Source: Pseudomonadota bacterium (GTDB lineage Bacteria > Pseudomonadota > Alphaproteobacteria > Rhizobiales > CBDHHC01). From it: a stretch of 64,000 nt of DNA. The stretch spans positions 724 through 64,723 of the forward strand of contig JBCCCO010000003.1 of NCBI GenBank assembly GCA_039033475.1, read 5' to 3'. The notes below the pieces were generated by a model that was not told the origin of the DNA, did no database searches, and saw nothing but the letters and a program-made list of their open reading frames with translations. The position numbers and the translations under genes are program-made. Below are positions 34,020 to 44,689 of this stretch, in pieces. How positions within the stretch are numbered: the first letter of the stretch is position 1; each line of letters opens with the position of its first letter.

Positions 34020-36671
34020 CTAACTATGGCCAAGCGTTCTGCTGACAATTTCGTATGTATCCCGAGAGAGTTTTTTGTCTTTAACAATCGTCTCAAGTTG
34101 TTCTTTTGCAAGTTTGCGGCGATTGGGTTCCAAAGTTTTCCAGCTTCTGAATGAATTACTAAGGCGCGCGGCGACTTGTGGGTTGAAGCGATCAATTTCT
34201 AAAATGATCTGCGCAATAAAATCATAAGCTTGACCATCTGGTCTATTAAAGTGCTTGGTGTTGGCTTGGGTAAATGCCCCTAACAAGGCGCGCACTTTAT
34301 TTGGGTTTTTTATCGAAAATTTAGGATGCTTTTTAAGCTCTTTAACGCGCTCAAAGGCATCCGTTCGAGATGATATGGCTTGTAGCATAAACCATTTATC
34401 AACAACCAAATGGTCATCTTTCCAAGTTTGGTAAAAGTCATCAAATACATCGTTATGAATATCTGTTTCACTATCAGAAAGCACTGAAAGTGCTGCAATT
34501 TTATCCGTCATATTTTTTGAGATATCATAATGCGTTTTGGCAAGTGCTTGGGTTTCAGAGTTCTGTAACCCACCTAGCAGAGTAAGTGCCATGTTGCGCA
34601 AAGCTCGTTTGCCCACACTTTTCGCAGTTTGGGTGTAACGGCCGCGCATTGAGTTGGTTTCATATATCTCTATCAGCAGGGCCTTCAAATCCGTTGTAAT
34701 GGTATCCAAAAGGCATTTACGTGCTGCATGAACCGCATCAGGATTGATGTTATTGCCGAGTTGGCGGGCCAAATCAGTCTCACTCGGAAGGCGTAAAAAT
34801 TCTGCACGATACGCTTCTTCTAAATGATCATCTTTAAGGGTTTGTGCTAATATCTTAGCGAAATGGCTGCCTTTTTTAATCTTTTTATGTTGTGATGATG
34901 TTTTGATATGTTGCAGCAAAATCTGTACTGCATAATCCTGTGCGGCTTGCCAGCGATTAAACAAATCACTGTCATGACCCATGATAAATTCAAGATCGCT
35001 ATCACTTAGCTCTAGGTTGAATTCAACAGGAGCAGAAAAATCTCGTAATAACGATGGGACAGGGCGCTCAGTAATATTTTCAAAAACAACTTTTTGTTTA
35101 TGGGATTTAAGGTGGAAAATGCCATTTGCAAACATATCATCAGTTGTGTCTGGTAAGTCTAGGTCATGACCGGCACTATCAATCAATCCGAGCTTAATTG
35201 GAATATGTTGGGCTTTTTTACTGACTTGACCAGGCGTCTTAGGGCAGACCTGGTGAAAGTCAATTTCTACCTCTTTTCGCCTTTTATTGTATGAAAATTT
35301 ACACAGCACTTGCGGTGTACCCGCTTGTTTGTACCACAGCATGAACTGGCTTAAATCAACATCGTTTGCCTCTTCCATGGATTGAATAAAGTTCTCAACT
35401 GTTGCAGCCTGGTTGTCGTAGCGCTCAAAATAGAGATCCATACCACCTCGAAAGCCTTTTTGGCCAAGCATTATTGAAATCATACGACACAGTTCAGCGC
35501 CTTTTTCATAAACAGTTGCGGTATAAAAATTATTGATTTCAATATAGGCTTCAGGCCGCACCGGATGAGCAAGAGGTCCCGCGTCCTCTGGAAACTGATG
35601 CGTTCTTAACAACCGGACATCTTGAATCCGTTTTACAATGCGCGAGCGCACATCCGCAGTAAATTCCTGATCACGAAAAACAGTCAGCCCCTCTTTGAGG
35701 CAAAGTTGAAACCAATCCCGGCATGTCACTCGGTTTCCGGTCCAATTATGAAAGTATTCATGAGCAATTACAGATTCAATAGCAGCATAGTCTGTATCCG
35801 TTGCGGTATCAGGGCTAGCGAGAATCAATTTATCATTAAAAATGTTGAGACCCTTGTTTTCCATTGCTCCCATATTAAAGTCGCTAACAGCAACAATCAT
35901 GAAAATATCTAAATCATATTCCAAACCAAAGCGTTTCTCATCCCACCGCATCGATCGCTTTAAAGACTGCATCGCCCAATCACAGCGATCTTCTTTGCCT
36001 GGCTCAACATAAATTCTTAAGTCAATATCTTTCTTAGAACGTGTTTGAAACGTATCTTTGACAAAAGAAAGTTTGCCCCCAACCAAAGCAAACAAATAAC
36101 AGGGTTTGGGATGTGGATCATGCCAAACCGCGTAATGATAGCCTGCTTTACCCGCAGCCCCAGAGTCGACCAAATTGCCATTAGAAAGCAAAACCGGTGT
36201 ATCTGATGCTTTTGCCTCAATACGTATTGTAAAAATGGCCATCACATCTGGACGGTCAAGATAATATGTAATGCGGCGAAATCCTTGGGCTTCACATTGT
36301 GTGCAATAGACATTGCGTGTGCGATACAACCCTGAAAGCGCTTTATTCTCATCAGGATTGCAGTGTGTTGTGATTTCCAGTGTAAAGGGGCGTTGAAATT
36401 CTCTTAAAAAAGTAATTCCTGCTTTAGAAACTCGGTAGTCCTTTTTGGGAAGTGTTTTGCCACTGACTTTCACACGCTCAAGCGTCAAGTTCTCACCATT
36501 CAGAAAAAGAGGCTCCCTTTTTCCTTGAACAATCGGGTTTGGGCGTATCCGCAGCTTCGACTTAACTTTTGTTTTGGTTGGCTGCAAAGAGATATCAAGC
36601 TGAACCGTATCAATTAAGTAATGAGGTGGCGTATAATCCTGTAGGTATATTGTTTTTGCTGAACGCTTCAT
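34020..36671 (-). CDS. pepN: aminopeptidase N
   Basis: GAMENKGLNIFN and HEYFHNWTGNRVT motifs are present. Start at Met33 of the ORF (MKRSAKTIYLQDYTPP), with AGGAAG upstream. Confidence 0.9.
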   Translation of the reverse strand: MKRSAKTIYLQDYTPPHYLIDTVQLDISLQPTKTKVKSKLRIRPNPIVQGKREPLFLNGENLTLERVKVSGKTLPKKDYRVSKAGITFLREFQRPFTLEITTHCNPDENKALSGLYRTRNVYCTQCEAQGFRRITYYLDRPDVMAIFTIRIEAKASDTPVLLSNGNLVDSGAAGKAGYHYAVWHDPHPKPCYLFALVGGKLSFVKDTFQTRSKKDIDLRIYVEPGKEDRCDWAMQSLKRSMRWDEKRFGLEYDLDIFMIVAVSDFNMGAMENKGLNIFNDKLILASPDTATDTDYAAIESVIAHEYFHNWTGNRVTCRDWFQLCLKEGLTVFRDQEFTADVRSRIVKRIQDVRLLRTHQFPEDAGPLAHPVRPEAYIEINNFYTATVYEKGAELCRMISIMLGQKGFRGGMDLYFERYDNQAATVENFIQSMEEANDVDLSQFMLWYKQAGTPQVLCKFSYNKRRKEVEIDFHQVCPKTPGQVSKKAQHIPIKLGLIDSAGHDLDLPDTTDDMFANGIFHLKSHKQKVVFENITERPVPSLLRDFSAPVEFNLELSDSDLEFIMGHDSDLFNRWQAAQDYAVQILLQHIKTSSQHKKIKKGSHFAKILAQTLKDDHLEEAYRAEFLRLPSETDLARQLGNNINPDAVHAARKCLLDTITTDLKALLIEIYETNSMRGRYTQTAKSVGKRALRNMALTLLGGLQNSETQALAKTHYDISKNMTDKIAALSVLSDSETDIHNDVFDDFYQTWKDDHLVVDKWFMLQAISSRTDAFERVKELKKHPKFSIKNPNKVRALLGAFTQANTKHFNRPDGQAYDFIAQIILEIDRFNPQVAARLSNSFRSWKTLEPNRRKLAKEQLETIVKDKKLSRDTYEIVSRTLGHS

Positions 36672-36965
36672 TGTCTTCCTAGGAAAATCTTGTATTTTAT
36701 GGTGCAAAGAGCTGAGAATTTCAGAATCGCATTTCAACTTATACACCTTGAAAATAAAAATAAACATCTATAATAAAGCAATCTTTTTTTATAAGTTCTG
36801 GGCTCGATGTAATACAGAATCAAAACTTAAAGAATTAAACTGTGAATTACTTTCGGAATTGAGATTGCAAAATGAAATACGAAGTGTAAGCCTAGGAAAA
36901 TACAAAACTTACTTAAAATTAAGGCAGTCTTGGTTGAATTTGTCCCAATTTGCCAGTGTATTAAG

Positions 36966-38276
36966 ATGCGTTTAAAGCCAAAATCTAGAATTCGTGAGCC
37001 TTATCCAAGTGCACTACAAAATGTGCTGATGAATGGTCTTATATTGGCTGTAGCATCGCTGTGTTTCTTACCAGCCATGGTTTTGAATCTTTTCATACCA
37101 TATTCATTAACCGGCGGCAGTCCAATATTTAAAATTCACATCGGCTCATATATCATTATGTTGGCTTTCGTATATTTGATGCTCTCCCGTGGAATTGTTT
37201 CAGTAATTGTGGAGCAGTTTCAAAAACAGTTCCTTTATACTCAGTTTGCCGGTGTTGTTCTCATCATTGCAATGATTATGACGTATAGTCAGGGCACGTC
37301 TGGATTGGCTTATCTTATAGATACGCTGTTTATTCCTCCTCTTGCCCTTATGTTGGCTTACTATTTGACCAATGAACAGCGCTACCGTTTGACTCAAGGG
37401 TTGGTATTATTTGTATTTATAAACGCAATGGTAGCAATTAGTGAAAGGGTTCTAAGTACCAATTTTTACCCCATGCCCTGGACGTTTGGCGGGACCTTTC
37501 GTGCTTCAGCGTTTTTGGGGCATCCTCTGAACAACGCCCTCATCACAACCGGGTTTGTATTTATTATAGCAGCACTTCCCTTCCGGTTTATCCATAAATG
37601 CATCATCATCGGAGCGTGTTGTCTAGCCATTCTCACTTTTGGCGCAAGAGGAGCGCTCGCTATCGTGGTGCTGATTGGTGTGGCATCAATTCTCGCAGTT
37701 GGCTTTCAGCTACTATTACAAAAGAGATTGCAATTTGTCGTTGTGGTTGTTGCCCCCTGGTTAGCTGTTTTTATGACTTTAGTTGCTGTTGGGGTTGTGT
37801 TATTTACAAATTTCGCAGAACGGATTATTGAAAAACTAGAATTTGATGACAGCGCACAAGAGCGTCTTGATGCCTTTATGTTATTTGATTTGATGAGTTG
37901 GGATCAAGTTTTGTGGGGCATCAAATTTCAAAATATGCTCACAATGATAGAGCGTCACCCAGATATTGAGATTATTGAGAATTTCTGGATCGTTTTGTTG
38001 GTCATGCTTGGTCTGGTACTATTTATACCTTTTGTTATCTCATTTATATTTTATTTGTTTTCTCTGGCAAAAGGCAAAACTCTGGTTCTGTATTCAGCCA
38101 TTCTTGCCTTTGCTGTAGCAGCAAGCGTCAATAATTCCCTTGCGACCAAAACACCGGCTCTTTTGTTGTTCAGTCTCGCGCTTTATGGCGTTCCAAAACA
38201 AAAACGCAAAAGGTCTAAGCCTGAGCATGCCATGATATTCATGCCGCCAGAACGCCAGTTTATAGCTGCAAGGTAA
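36966..38276 (+). CDS. polytopic membrane protein, O-antigen ligase/polymerase-like
   Basis: At least 10 hydrophobic segments with one larger loop. It sits next to a flippase-like gene. The start is uncertain (36930 TTG or 36966 ATG). Confidence 0.45.
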   Translation: MRLKPKSRIREPYPSALQNVLMNGLILAVASLCFLPAMVLNLFIPYSLTGGSPIFKIHIGSYIIMLAFVYLMLSRGIVSVIVEQFQKQFLYTQFAGVVLIIAMIMTYSQGTSGLAYLIDTLFIPPLALMLAYYLTNEQRYRLTQGLVLFVFINAMVAISERVLSTNFYPMPWTFGGTFRASAFLGHPLNNALITTGFVFIIAALPFRFIHKCIIIGACCLAILTFGARGALAIVVLIGVASILAVGFQLLLQKRLQFVVVVVAPWLAVFMTLVAVGVVLFTNFAERIIEKLEFDDSAQERLDAFMLFDLMSWDQVLWGIKFQNMLTMIERHPDIEIIENFWIVLLVMLGLVLFIPFVISFIFYLFSLAKGKTLVLYSAILAFAVAASVNNSLATKTPALLLFSLALYGVPKQKRKRSKPEHAMIFMPPERQFIAAR

Positions 38277-38350
38277 GTAAAATTTTGAAATAGGTACTTA
38301 AATCTCAGTTAGGATAATGAAAAAGTATTTTAAACACCAAAACCCTCAGC

Positions 38351-38431
38351 CATCATTCCCGCGAAAGTGGGAAGCTCTAAAAATATCAGTATGTTATACG
38401 TTCCAGAGATCCCAGTTGTCGCTGTGATGAC
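38351..38431 (+). repeat. composite palindromic repeat, copy B (internally deleted)
   Basis: CATCATTCCCGCGAAAGTGGGAAG is followed further on by GAGATCCCAGTTGTCGCTGTGATGAC. Confidence 0.7.
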
Positions 38432-38499
38432 AGGGGGTTTTTTATGTTTTTTCCTTATCAATAACCTGGGCTGTTTAAAAAAGTCAGGATAGAGACTTT

Positions 38500-39912
38500 A
38501 TGTCCGCAACGTCATCTTTGCTGAAATTAACATTAGGCTATGCCCCAAGCTTAATCATTCCAAGACTTATCGCGTTTTGTATTGTTCTGATTTTTACCCG
38601 CCTGCTAACGCCAGAGCAGTTCGGCTTATATGCATTGGTCTTAAGCTTTGGTGAAATGATCTATGCTGCTTTTGTTAACTGGTTTGCGGTTGGTATGACA
38701 AGGCATTTGCCAGGCCGAAGTGCAGAGCATCAAGCAAAATTGATGTCAGCAGCTGTAATCGTCTTTCCAGTTATTTTGTGTTTTGCAGTGCCGATAGCAT
38801 ATTTTCTCTCTTTAACAGTCGATACAGAGCTTACGCATTTTCTAGCATGTTTATTGGTTTATGTCCTTGGCCGCAGTTTGCAACAATTCGGTTTAACGTT
38901 ACTTCGGGTAAAGGAGTTGCAAGTCTCCTATGTGGTATGTGAAACGTTAAGACCAATATTGGCTTTGTTGTGTGCTGTGGCTTTCACATTTGCGTTTGAT
39001 AAAAACTACTTTGTGCTTTCACTCAGCTTTTTCGGTGTCACCCTGATCTTTGGCGGCATAACCAGCAGCTATGCGGTGCGGCAATACGGTTGGGCAAGCC
39101 CCGATTGGGCAGCGCTAAAAGCGATGTTACGCTATGCAATACCCCTGATTGCAGTATTTACACTCTCTGCAATTATCGCGATGACAGACCGCTTGATGTT
39201 GAATGAATTATCAGGCATTGCCGCAGTTGGAATTTATGCTGCCGCATTTGCTTTGGCTAAACCTCCGCTGGATATGATTTTTAATGCGGTCAATCTAGGC
39301 GGCTTTGCCAAGCTAATTGCGATATACAATTCAGATGGGTCTGAAAAAGCTCTACAGTTCTTGCAGAAAAAGCTCTCGTTTGTTTTGGCTTTAGCCCTTC
39401 CTGCTGCTGTGGGTATCACACTGTTTGCGCAAACCATCACGCAATTGCTTTTAGGAGAAGCTTACCGCGAGCAAGGCCAAGAAATTCTCTCCTGGATTGC
39501 TATAGCGGCTGTTCTTGCTGGTTTAAAGCATTTTATTTTTGATCAAATCTTCCATTTGACAGAAAAAACGTGGCTCCAAAGTGTAACACTCATTCCAGCG
39601 GTCGTATGCAATATTGTAATGAACTTTATTCTGATACCAGAGCTCGGCCCACAAGGTGCAGCGCTTTCAACCGCATGTGCTTACGGCGCAGCGCTCTGCG
39701 GCAGCATTTATTTGTCAGCACAATATTTGCCGTTTCAGCTTCCCTATAAAGATATGGGTCGCATAGTGCTCGCAACCTGCACGATGACAATTTTACTCTT
39801 GTTTTGGCCATCAGATCCGGCTGCTTTATCCTTTGTACTTGCAGTTATTTTAGGTATAACTGTTTATGGCGTTTGCCTTTACCTTGTCGGGTTTCAGAAG
39901 TCTTTTTCTTAA
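38500..39912 (+). CDS. polysaccharide flippase (Wzx/MOP family)-like protein
   Basis: About 12-14 TM segments. N-terminus LGYAPSLIIPRLIAFCIVLIFTRLLTPEQFGLYALV is typical of polysaccharide biosynthesis flippases. Confidence 0.6.
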   Translation: MSATSSLLKLTLGYAPSLIIPRLIAFCIVLIFTRLLTPEQFGLYALVLSFGEMIYAAFVNWFAVGMTRHLPGRSAEHQAKLMSAAVIVFPVILCFAVPIAYFLSLTVDTELTHFLACLLVYVLGRSLQQFGLTLLRVKELQVSYVVCETLRPILALLCAVAFTFAFDKNYFVLSLSFFGVTLIFGGITSSYAVRQYGWASPDWAALKAMLRYAIPLIAVFTLSAIIAMTDRLMLNELSGIAAVGIYAAAFALAKPPLDMIFNAVNLGGFAKLIAIYNSDGSEKALQFLQKKLSFVLALALPAAVGITLFAQTITQLLLGEAYREQGQEILSWIAIAAVLAGLKHFIFDQIFHLTEKTWLQSVTLIPAVVCNIVMNFILIPELGPQGAALSTACAYGAALCGSIYLSAQYLPFQLPYKDMGRIVLATCTMTILLLFWPSDPAALSFVLAVILGITVYGVCLYLVGFQKSFS

Positions 39913-39978
39913 CGACAGAATCTTGTTCTCTAAACGAACAATTTTGATCCACACAAGAATCACGTTATTCATCACATT

Positions 39979-40773
39979 ATGCGTCAATATTTAGATTTAC
40001 TTAGACACATTCGCTCACAAGGCGTTCACAAAGAAGATAGAACAGGTACAGGCACTCAAAGCATATTTGGCTATCAAATGCGGTTTGATTTGAGTGCAGG
40101 CTTCCCATTGGTGACCACCAAAAAACTCCACACTAAATCGATCATTCATGAATTATTGTGGTTTTTGAAGGGTGATACCAATATTGCCTATCTTCAAGAC
40201 AATGGAGTGCGTATATGGGATGAATGGGCCGATGAAAATGGCAATCTTGGTCCTGTCTATGGTCATCAGTGGCGCTCCTGGCCGACACCAGATGGGCAAA
40301 GCATTGATCAAATTACTACACTAATCGAAAGTTTAACGCACAATCCAGATTCTCGCAGGCACATTGTTTCAGCGTGGAATGTCGCAGATGTTGAGCATAT
40401 GGCTTTGCCTCCGTGTCATTGTCTGTTCCAGTTTTATGTCGCCAATGAAACGCTCTCGTGTCAATTGTATCAGAGATCCGCAGATGCGTTTTTAGGCGTT
40501 CCTTTTAACATTGCTTCTTATGCCCTGCTAACGCTCATGATTGCACAAGTCACAGGATACAAGCCAGGCGAGTTTATTCATACCTTTGGGGATGCCCACC
40601 TTTATAGCAATCATCTTGAATTAGCAGACTTACAGCTGCAAAGACAGACCCGCCCGTTACCTTACATGGACTTGAATTCTGATATAAAAGATATTTTTGC
40701 TTTCACCTATGATGACTTTAAGCTGACAAACTACGATCCCCACCCTCATATTAAAGCGCAGGTTGCCGTTTAA
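39979..40773 (+). CDS. thyA: thymidylate synthase
   Basis: [11 protein letters not shown]...DRTGTGT..., [12 protein letters not shown] and DAHLYSNH motifs are all present. Confidence 0.95.
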   Translation: MRQYLDLLRHIRSQGVHKEDRTGTGTQSIFGYQMRFDLSAGFPLVTTKKLHTKSIIHELLWFLKGDTNIAYLQDNGVRIWDEWADENGNLGPVYGHQWRSWPTPDGQSIDQITTLIESLTHNPDSRRHIVSAWNVADVEHMALPPCHCLFQFYVANETLSCQLYQRSADAFLGVPFNIASYALLTLMIAQVTGYKPGEFIHTFGDAHLYSNHLELADLQLQRQTRPLPYMDLNSDIKDIFAFTYDDFKLTNYDPHPHIKAQVAV

Positions 40774-41069
40774 AACCTATGGTTTGGTATGTAAAATATT
40801 TTTACATAATATTTTTCTTTCCACTTTACCCCCACTTTTTTAAGATATGTGGCGTAAATCCATCTTTCTGTATTGTTACTGCCACACAGTTGTGAGAGCT
40901 ATTATTTTTCAATGGGTTAAATTCTTTTTTCCGCACATTGTCAAAGTCCTATTCCATTATATTACCATCCCAAGTCTATCGTTAGGAACATACTTTCTGC
41001 GCGAATCTGTTTATATTTTTACGCGTGGTGAGTGTGCGTATGAAATAAATATCAGTCGCAGTGAGGACT

Positions 41070-41504
41070 ATGATGAGTTATAGCACAATCTTAATGATTT
41101 TGAGTGTTGCGTCATTGGCTATAGGGTGTGCAGCCCAGCCAAAAATAAATGCTCCGAAACAAAGCTTAAGTATGTCAAAACAAGATGCTATCGCATCTTT
41201 ATCGCCAATTATGTATGAGACCTTTGATTGTCCGCAAATTGATAAAGAAGCTAAGAACTTAACGACAAAAGCAGAAAGCATATCAGGCATAAAAAACAAG
41301 ACTGCACAAAAAGAAAATGTGATTGTTTGGCCAGCCAGTCTTTTGATTGAGGACAACAAGGTTGAGAACAATAAGGATAAGAATAAGCAAGCACAACTGA
41401 TGCGTATAAAAGTGCAGTTTCAGGCTTTAGAGAAGGCATCGGTCAGAGAAAAATGCCAATTTCAATTTCACAAAAACCTAGAGGCAGATTTTAAGTCGGC
41501 CTAA
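41070..41504 (+). CDS. lipoprotein, function unknown
   Basis: MMSYSTILMILSVASLAIGC carries a lipobox. GAGG lies 4 nt upstream of the ATG. It sits between thyA and folA. Confidence 0.5.
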   Translation: MMSYSTILMILSVASLAIGCAAQPKINAPKQSLSMSKQDAIASLSPIMYETFDCPQIDKEAKNLTTKAESISGIKNKTAQKENVIVWPASLLIEDNKVENNKDKNKQAQLMRIKVQFQALEKASVREKCQFQFHKNLEADFKSA

Positions 41505-41530
41505 ATGAAGGAATATAGGTAAAAAGGTCA

Positions 41531-42043
41531 GTGGATTTACATTATCACATTGTTGTTGCCATGACAGAGAACCGGATTATCGGCAGCAACAATGCTATGC
41601 CGTGGCGACAATCTTCTGATTTAAAACATTTCAAAATGCTAACCTATGGTAAACCTATCATCATGGGGCGCAAGACCTTCCAAACTATTGGAAAACCGTT
41701 AGAAGGTCGAAACAATATCGTTATTACACGCAACCCAGATTTTCATGTTGAAGGCGTACGCATTGCTTTTGATTTGCATAATGCCAAATCATGGGCCTAT
41801 GAGTATGCAAAAGAAAGTAATGTTGAAGAGGCCATGATTATTGGTGGTGCAGAAATCTATCAGTTATTCTTGCCCGAGGTCAGTCGGATTTATTTAACTG
41901 AAATTCATACTCAACTTGAAGGCGATACAAAATTTCCCGAACTTGATATGTCACAGTGGGAGGAAGTAAAACGGGTACGCCATCAAGCAGGTCCAAAAGA
42001 CGATTATGACTTTAGTTTCATTGTTTTGGATCGAAGCGCCTAA
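41531..42043 (+). CDS. folA: dihydrofolate reductase
   Basis: IGSNNAMPWRQSSDLKHFKMLTYGKPIIMGRKTFQTIGKPLEGRNNIVITR, then GGAEIYQ. Confidence 0.9.
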   Translation: MDLHYHIVVAMTENRIIGSNNAMPWRQSSDLKHFKMLTYGKPIIMGRKTFQTIGKPLEGRNNIVITRNPDFHVEGVRIAFDLHNAKSWAYEYAKESNVEEAMIIGGAEIYQLFLPEVSRIYLTEIHTQLEGDTKFPELDMSQWEEVKRVRHQAGPKDDYDFSFIVLDRSA

Positions 42044-42462
42044 TAAATATAACCAATATGGTGTAAAGGCCCTTGCTTTTTTGTGTTATGAAAAAATAAA
42101 ATTGCACGATTGCTGTATTATACTATTTTAACAGCTTGATATAATTTATAAAAAAACTAGATATTAGTATGAAGTGCAGATATCTCTATGAAATTCAAAA
42201 CAATCTGAGCAAGAGTATTGGTATCAACGTGATATTAACGTAATCATTGCACCGTTCTACTTTATTGCCTATACACACGGCAAAGCTTTAGCTTTTGAAG
42301 CGTTAAGCGTTAAAACATATTGCATAATGCGCTTCAATTTATTGTTTTTGGTCAATTTACATGTGTATCAATTGAAATGGCGGGACAAGACATGAGCTGA
42401 GCATAATCTACGATGTTAAGGGATATGCTTTTATCAAAATCAGTTATTCTTAAGGAAATATT

Positions 42463-43536
42463 ATGCCTTGGAGCAATCAAAACGGCGGTGGTTGGAAAAG
42501 TGGCGGAGGCGGTCCATGGGGACAAGGTCCTCAAGGCGGCCCGGGACAACAACCAGATTTAGAAGAACTTTTAAAACGCAGTCAGGATAAGCTTAAACAA
42601 GCGATGCCAGGTGGCGGTGGCAGCGGTTTCATATGGGTTATAATCGCTTTAGTGTTAGGTGGTTTCTGGATTTATCAAAGCGTCTATCAAGTAGATACGG
42701 AAGAGCAGGCTGTGGTACTTAGGTTTGGCGAGTTAAACCGCACGGAAGGTCCTGGTCTGCATATCATCCCATGGCCGCTTGAGACTGTCGAAAAACTTAA
42801 AGTCCAAGTGGAAAATCAATTAAGCAATGATCGTGCTTTAAGTGGCAACGAAGCGAGCCTGATGCTGGCTGGCGATCAAAATCTAGTTGATATTCGATAT
42901 ACGGTGCTTTGGAAAATTTCAGATCCGCAACAATATTTGTTTAAAGTACGTGAGCCTGAACGCTTGGTAAGCGTAGTTGCAGAAAGTGTGATGCGTGATG
43001 TTGTGGGCAGAACGCCAGCTGAGCAAATTCGTACAAGTGGTCGAGAAGCTGCACAGGAAGAAGCGCAAGAGCTTATCCAAAAAACTCTAGATACTTACAA
43101 TGCTGGCATTTTGATTAGAGCCGTAAGAATGGAGAAAGCTGATCCTCCGCCTCGTGTTGTTGATGCATTTGAAGAGGTGCAAAGAGCAGAGCAAAACCAG
43201 AATAAATTTATTCGCGAAGCTGAGAGATTTCGTAACAAACGGCTCGGTCAGGCGCGCGGTGAAGCTGCGAAAATTCTAGAAGATGCAAAAGCGTATAAGG
43301 CTAAGGTTACGACAGAGGCAGAAGGTGAAGCAAAGCGCTTTATTTCTGTTTATGAAGAATATTCCAAAGCCAAAGATGTTACGCGCAAACGTCTGTTTTT
43401 AGAAACCCTGGAAAATGTTTTGTCTCGGTCCAATAAAGTCATTATCGAACAAGGTAGCGGCGGTTCTGGTGTGGTACCGTATCTGCCACTGCCAGAGATA
43501 GCCAAGGGTAACGCAAGAAGACGAGGAGGACAATAA
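42463..43536 (+). CDS. hflK: FtsH protease modulator HflK
   Basis: G/P-rich N-terminus, one TM segment and an SPFH domain. It is followed by hflC. Confidence 0.9.
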   Translation: MPWSNQNGGGWKSGGGGPWGQGPQGGPGQQPDLEELLKRSQDKLKQAMPGGGGSGFIWVIIALVLGGFWIYQSVYQVDTEEQAVVLRFGELNRTEGPGLHIIPWPLETVEKLKVQVENQLSNDRALSGNEASLMLAGDQNLVDIRYTVLWKISDPQQYLFKVREPERLVSVVAESVMRDVVGRTPAEQIRTSGREAAQEEAQELIQKTLDTYNAGILIRAVRMEKADPPPRVVDAFEEVQRAEQNQNKFIREAERFRNKRLGQARGEAAKILEDAKAYKAKVTTEAEGEAKRFISVYEEYSKAKDVTRKRLFLETLENVLSRSNKVIIEQGSGGSGVVPYLPLPEIAKGNARRRGGQ

Positions 43537-43538
43537 CA

Positions 43539-44420
43539 ATGCTTAATTTTCTAAAATTCTTGTTTGCCGCCATCATTATTGCTGGTTTGGTTCTCGCTTA
43601 TAACTCGATTTTTGTCGTTGATGTTCGTGAAAAAGTACTTGTTGTACGATTTGGTGAAATCCAACGTACAATAAAAACACCTGGATTGAATTTCAAAATT
43701 CCATTTGTTGAAGATTTGGTTGTGATTGATAACCGCCTTTTTGTAATGGAAAGTCTTGATAAAAGCGTTCAAGTTGTTGATGGCAGACGTTATGTTGTTG
43801 ATGCTGTCACCATTATAAAAATCGTTGATCCGCAAAAATTCAGAGAAACAGTGCAAGCGAGTGAAGCTTCTGCAAGAGACCGCATTGAGACTCGTATTGA
43901 TTCGGCTTTGCGCCAAACATATGGTAAGCGCACTTTTGACGCGGCTCTATCTAAAGATCGCATCGCTATGATGAACGAGATCCGTGATCAAATTAGGCCG
44001 CAAGCACTTTCTCTAGGACTTGAAATTGTTGATGTGCGTATTCGTCGCACAGATCTCAGACCAGAGGTGTTAACAGACACGTTTGAACGCATGAATGCAG
44101 AACGTTTTGCAGAAGCTGAACAGCTTAGAGCTGTTGGTGTTGCAAAGCGTGAGCAAATTAAAGCGGAAGCAGAACGTCAAGCTATTGAAATGGTTGCTAA
44201 GGCTCAGCGCGATTCTGAAATTATTCGCGGTGAAGGGGACGCGCTTCGCAATAATATCTTTGCCGATGCTTTTAATCGTGATCCCGAATTTTTTGCTTTT
44301 TATCGGTCTATGCAAGCTTATCCCAAAAGTCTGGATGGAAAAGACACAACCCTGATTTTAACCCCTGATAGTGAATTTTTCCGGTATCTTAAAAATCCGT
44401 CAGGTAAGCTTAAAAAATGA
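43539..44420 (+). CDS. hflC: FtsH protease modulator HflC
   Basis: SPFH domain protein starting 3 nt after the hflK stop. Confidence 0.9.
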   Translation: MLNFLKFLFAAIIIAGLVLAYNSIFVVDVREKVLVVRFGEIQRTIKTPGLNFKIPFVEDLVVIDNRLFVMESLDKSVQVVDGRRYVVDAVTIIKIVDPQKFRETVQASEASARDRIETRIDSALRQTYGKRTFDAALSKDRIAMMNEIRDQIRPQALSLGLEIVDVRIRRTDLRPEVLTDTFERMNAERFAEAEQLRAVGVAKREQIKAEAERQAIEMVAKAQRDSEIIRGEGDALRNNIFADAFNRDPEFFAFYRSMQAYPKSLDGKDTTLILTPDSEFFRYLKNPSGKLKK

Positions 44421-44608
44421 TAGAAACTCTGATTTTAGCAATCGGGCTTGTCTTTGTGATTGAAGGGCTTGTGTGGGCACTTATTCCCCGTCAGGTCCTT
44501 CGTTTTTTAATATCGGCGGCACAAGCTCCTGAATACCAGTTAAGATTAGGTGGTGTTATTGCCGTAGCAATAGGCGTGATAATTGTCTGGTTTGTGCAGG
44601 AGTGGTAA
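44417..44608 (+). CDS. small two-TM membrane protein (DUF2065-like)
   Basis: 63 aa with two hydrophobic helices. It overlaps the hflC stop, a position commonly occupied by DUF2065. Confidence 0.5.
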   Translation: MIETLILAIGLVFVIEGLVWALIPRQVLRFLISAAQAPEYQLRLGGVIAVAIGVIIVWFVQEW

Positions 44609-44689
44609 TTCAAATAGAATTGCAGGCTATTATTAGGTCCTGAGCCTGGAAGATATAGAAGCTGTTGAAATCGGGAGAGCCGAAGGAAA

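Noticed and set aside
30148-39912. MMPL transporter, exported partner, kpsF, Wzy-like and Wzx-like genes as one novel envelope-polysaccharide locus
   Set aside because: The genes are interrupted by pepN on the opposite strand and by repeat-containing spacers. No glycosyltransferases are present, so the adjacency looks like ordinary scattered envelope genes rather than a coherent system.
40847-41083. 78-aa ORF between thyA and the lipoprotein gene
   Set aside because: There is no SD, the translation is Phe/Tyr/Cys/Ile-rich as expected from AT-rich non-coding DNA, and it overlaps the start of the lipoprotein ORF.
42044-42462. 420-bp AT-rich spacer before hflK, inspected for an RNA gene or riboswitch
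   Set aside because: I could find no extended complementary arms, tRNA-like arms or conserved motifs. It looks like ordinary promoter and spacer DNA, and the 66-aa minus-strand ORF 42352-42552 overlaps the hflK start and is spurious.
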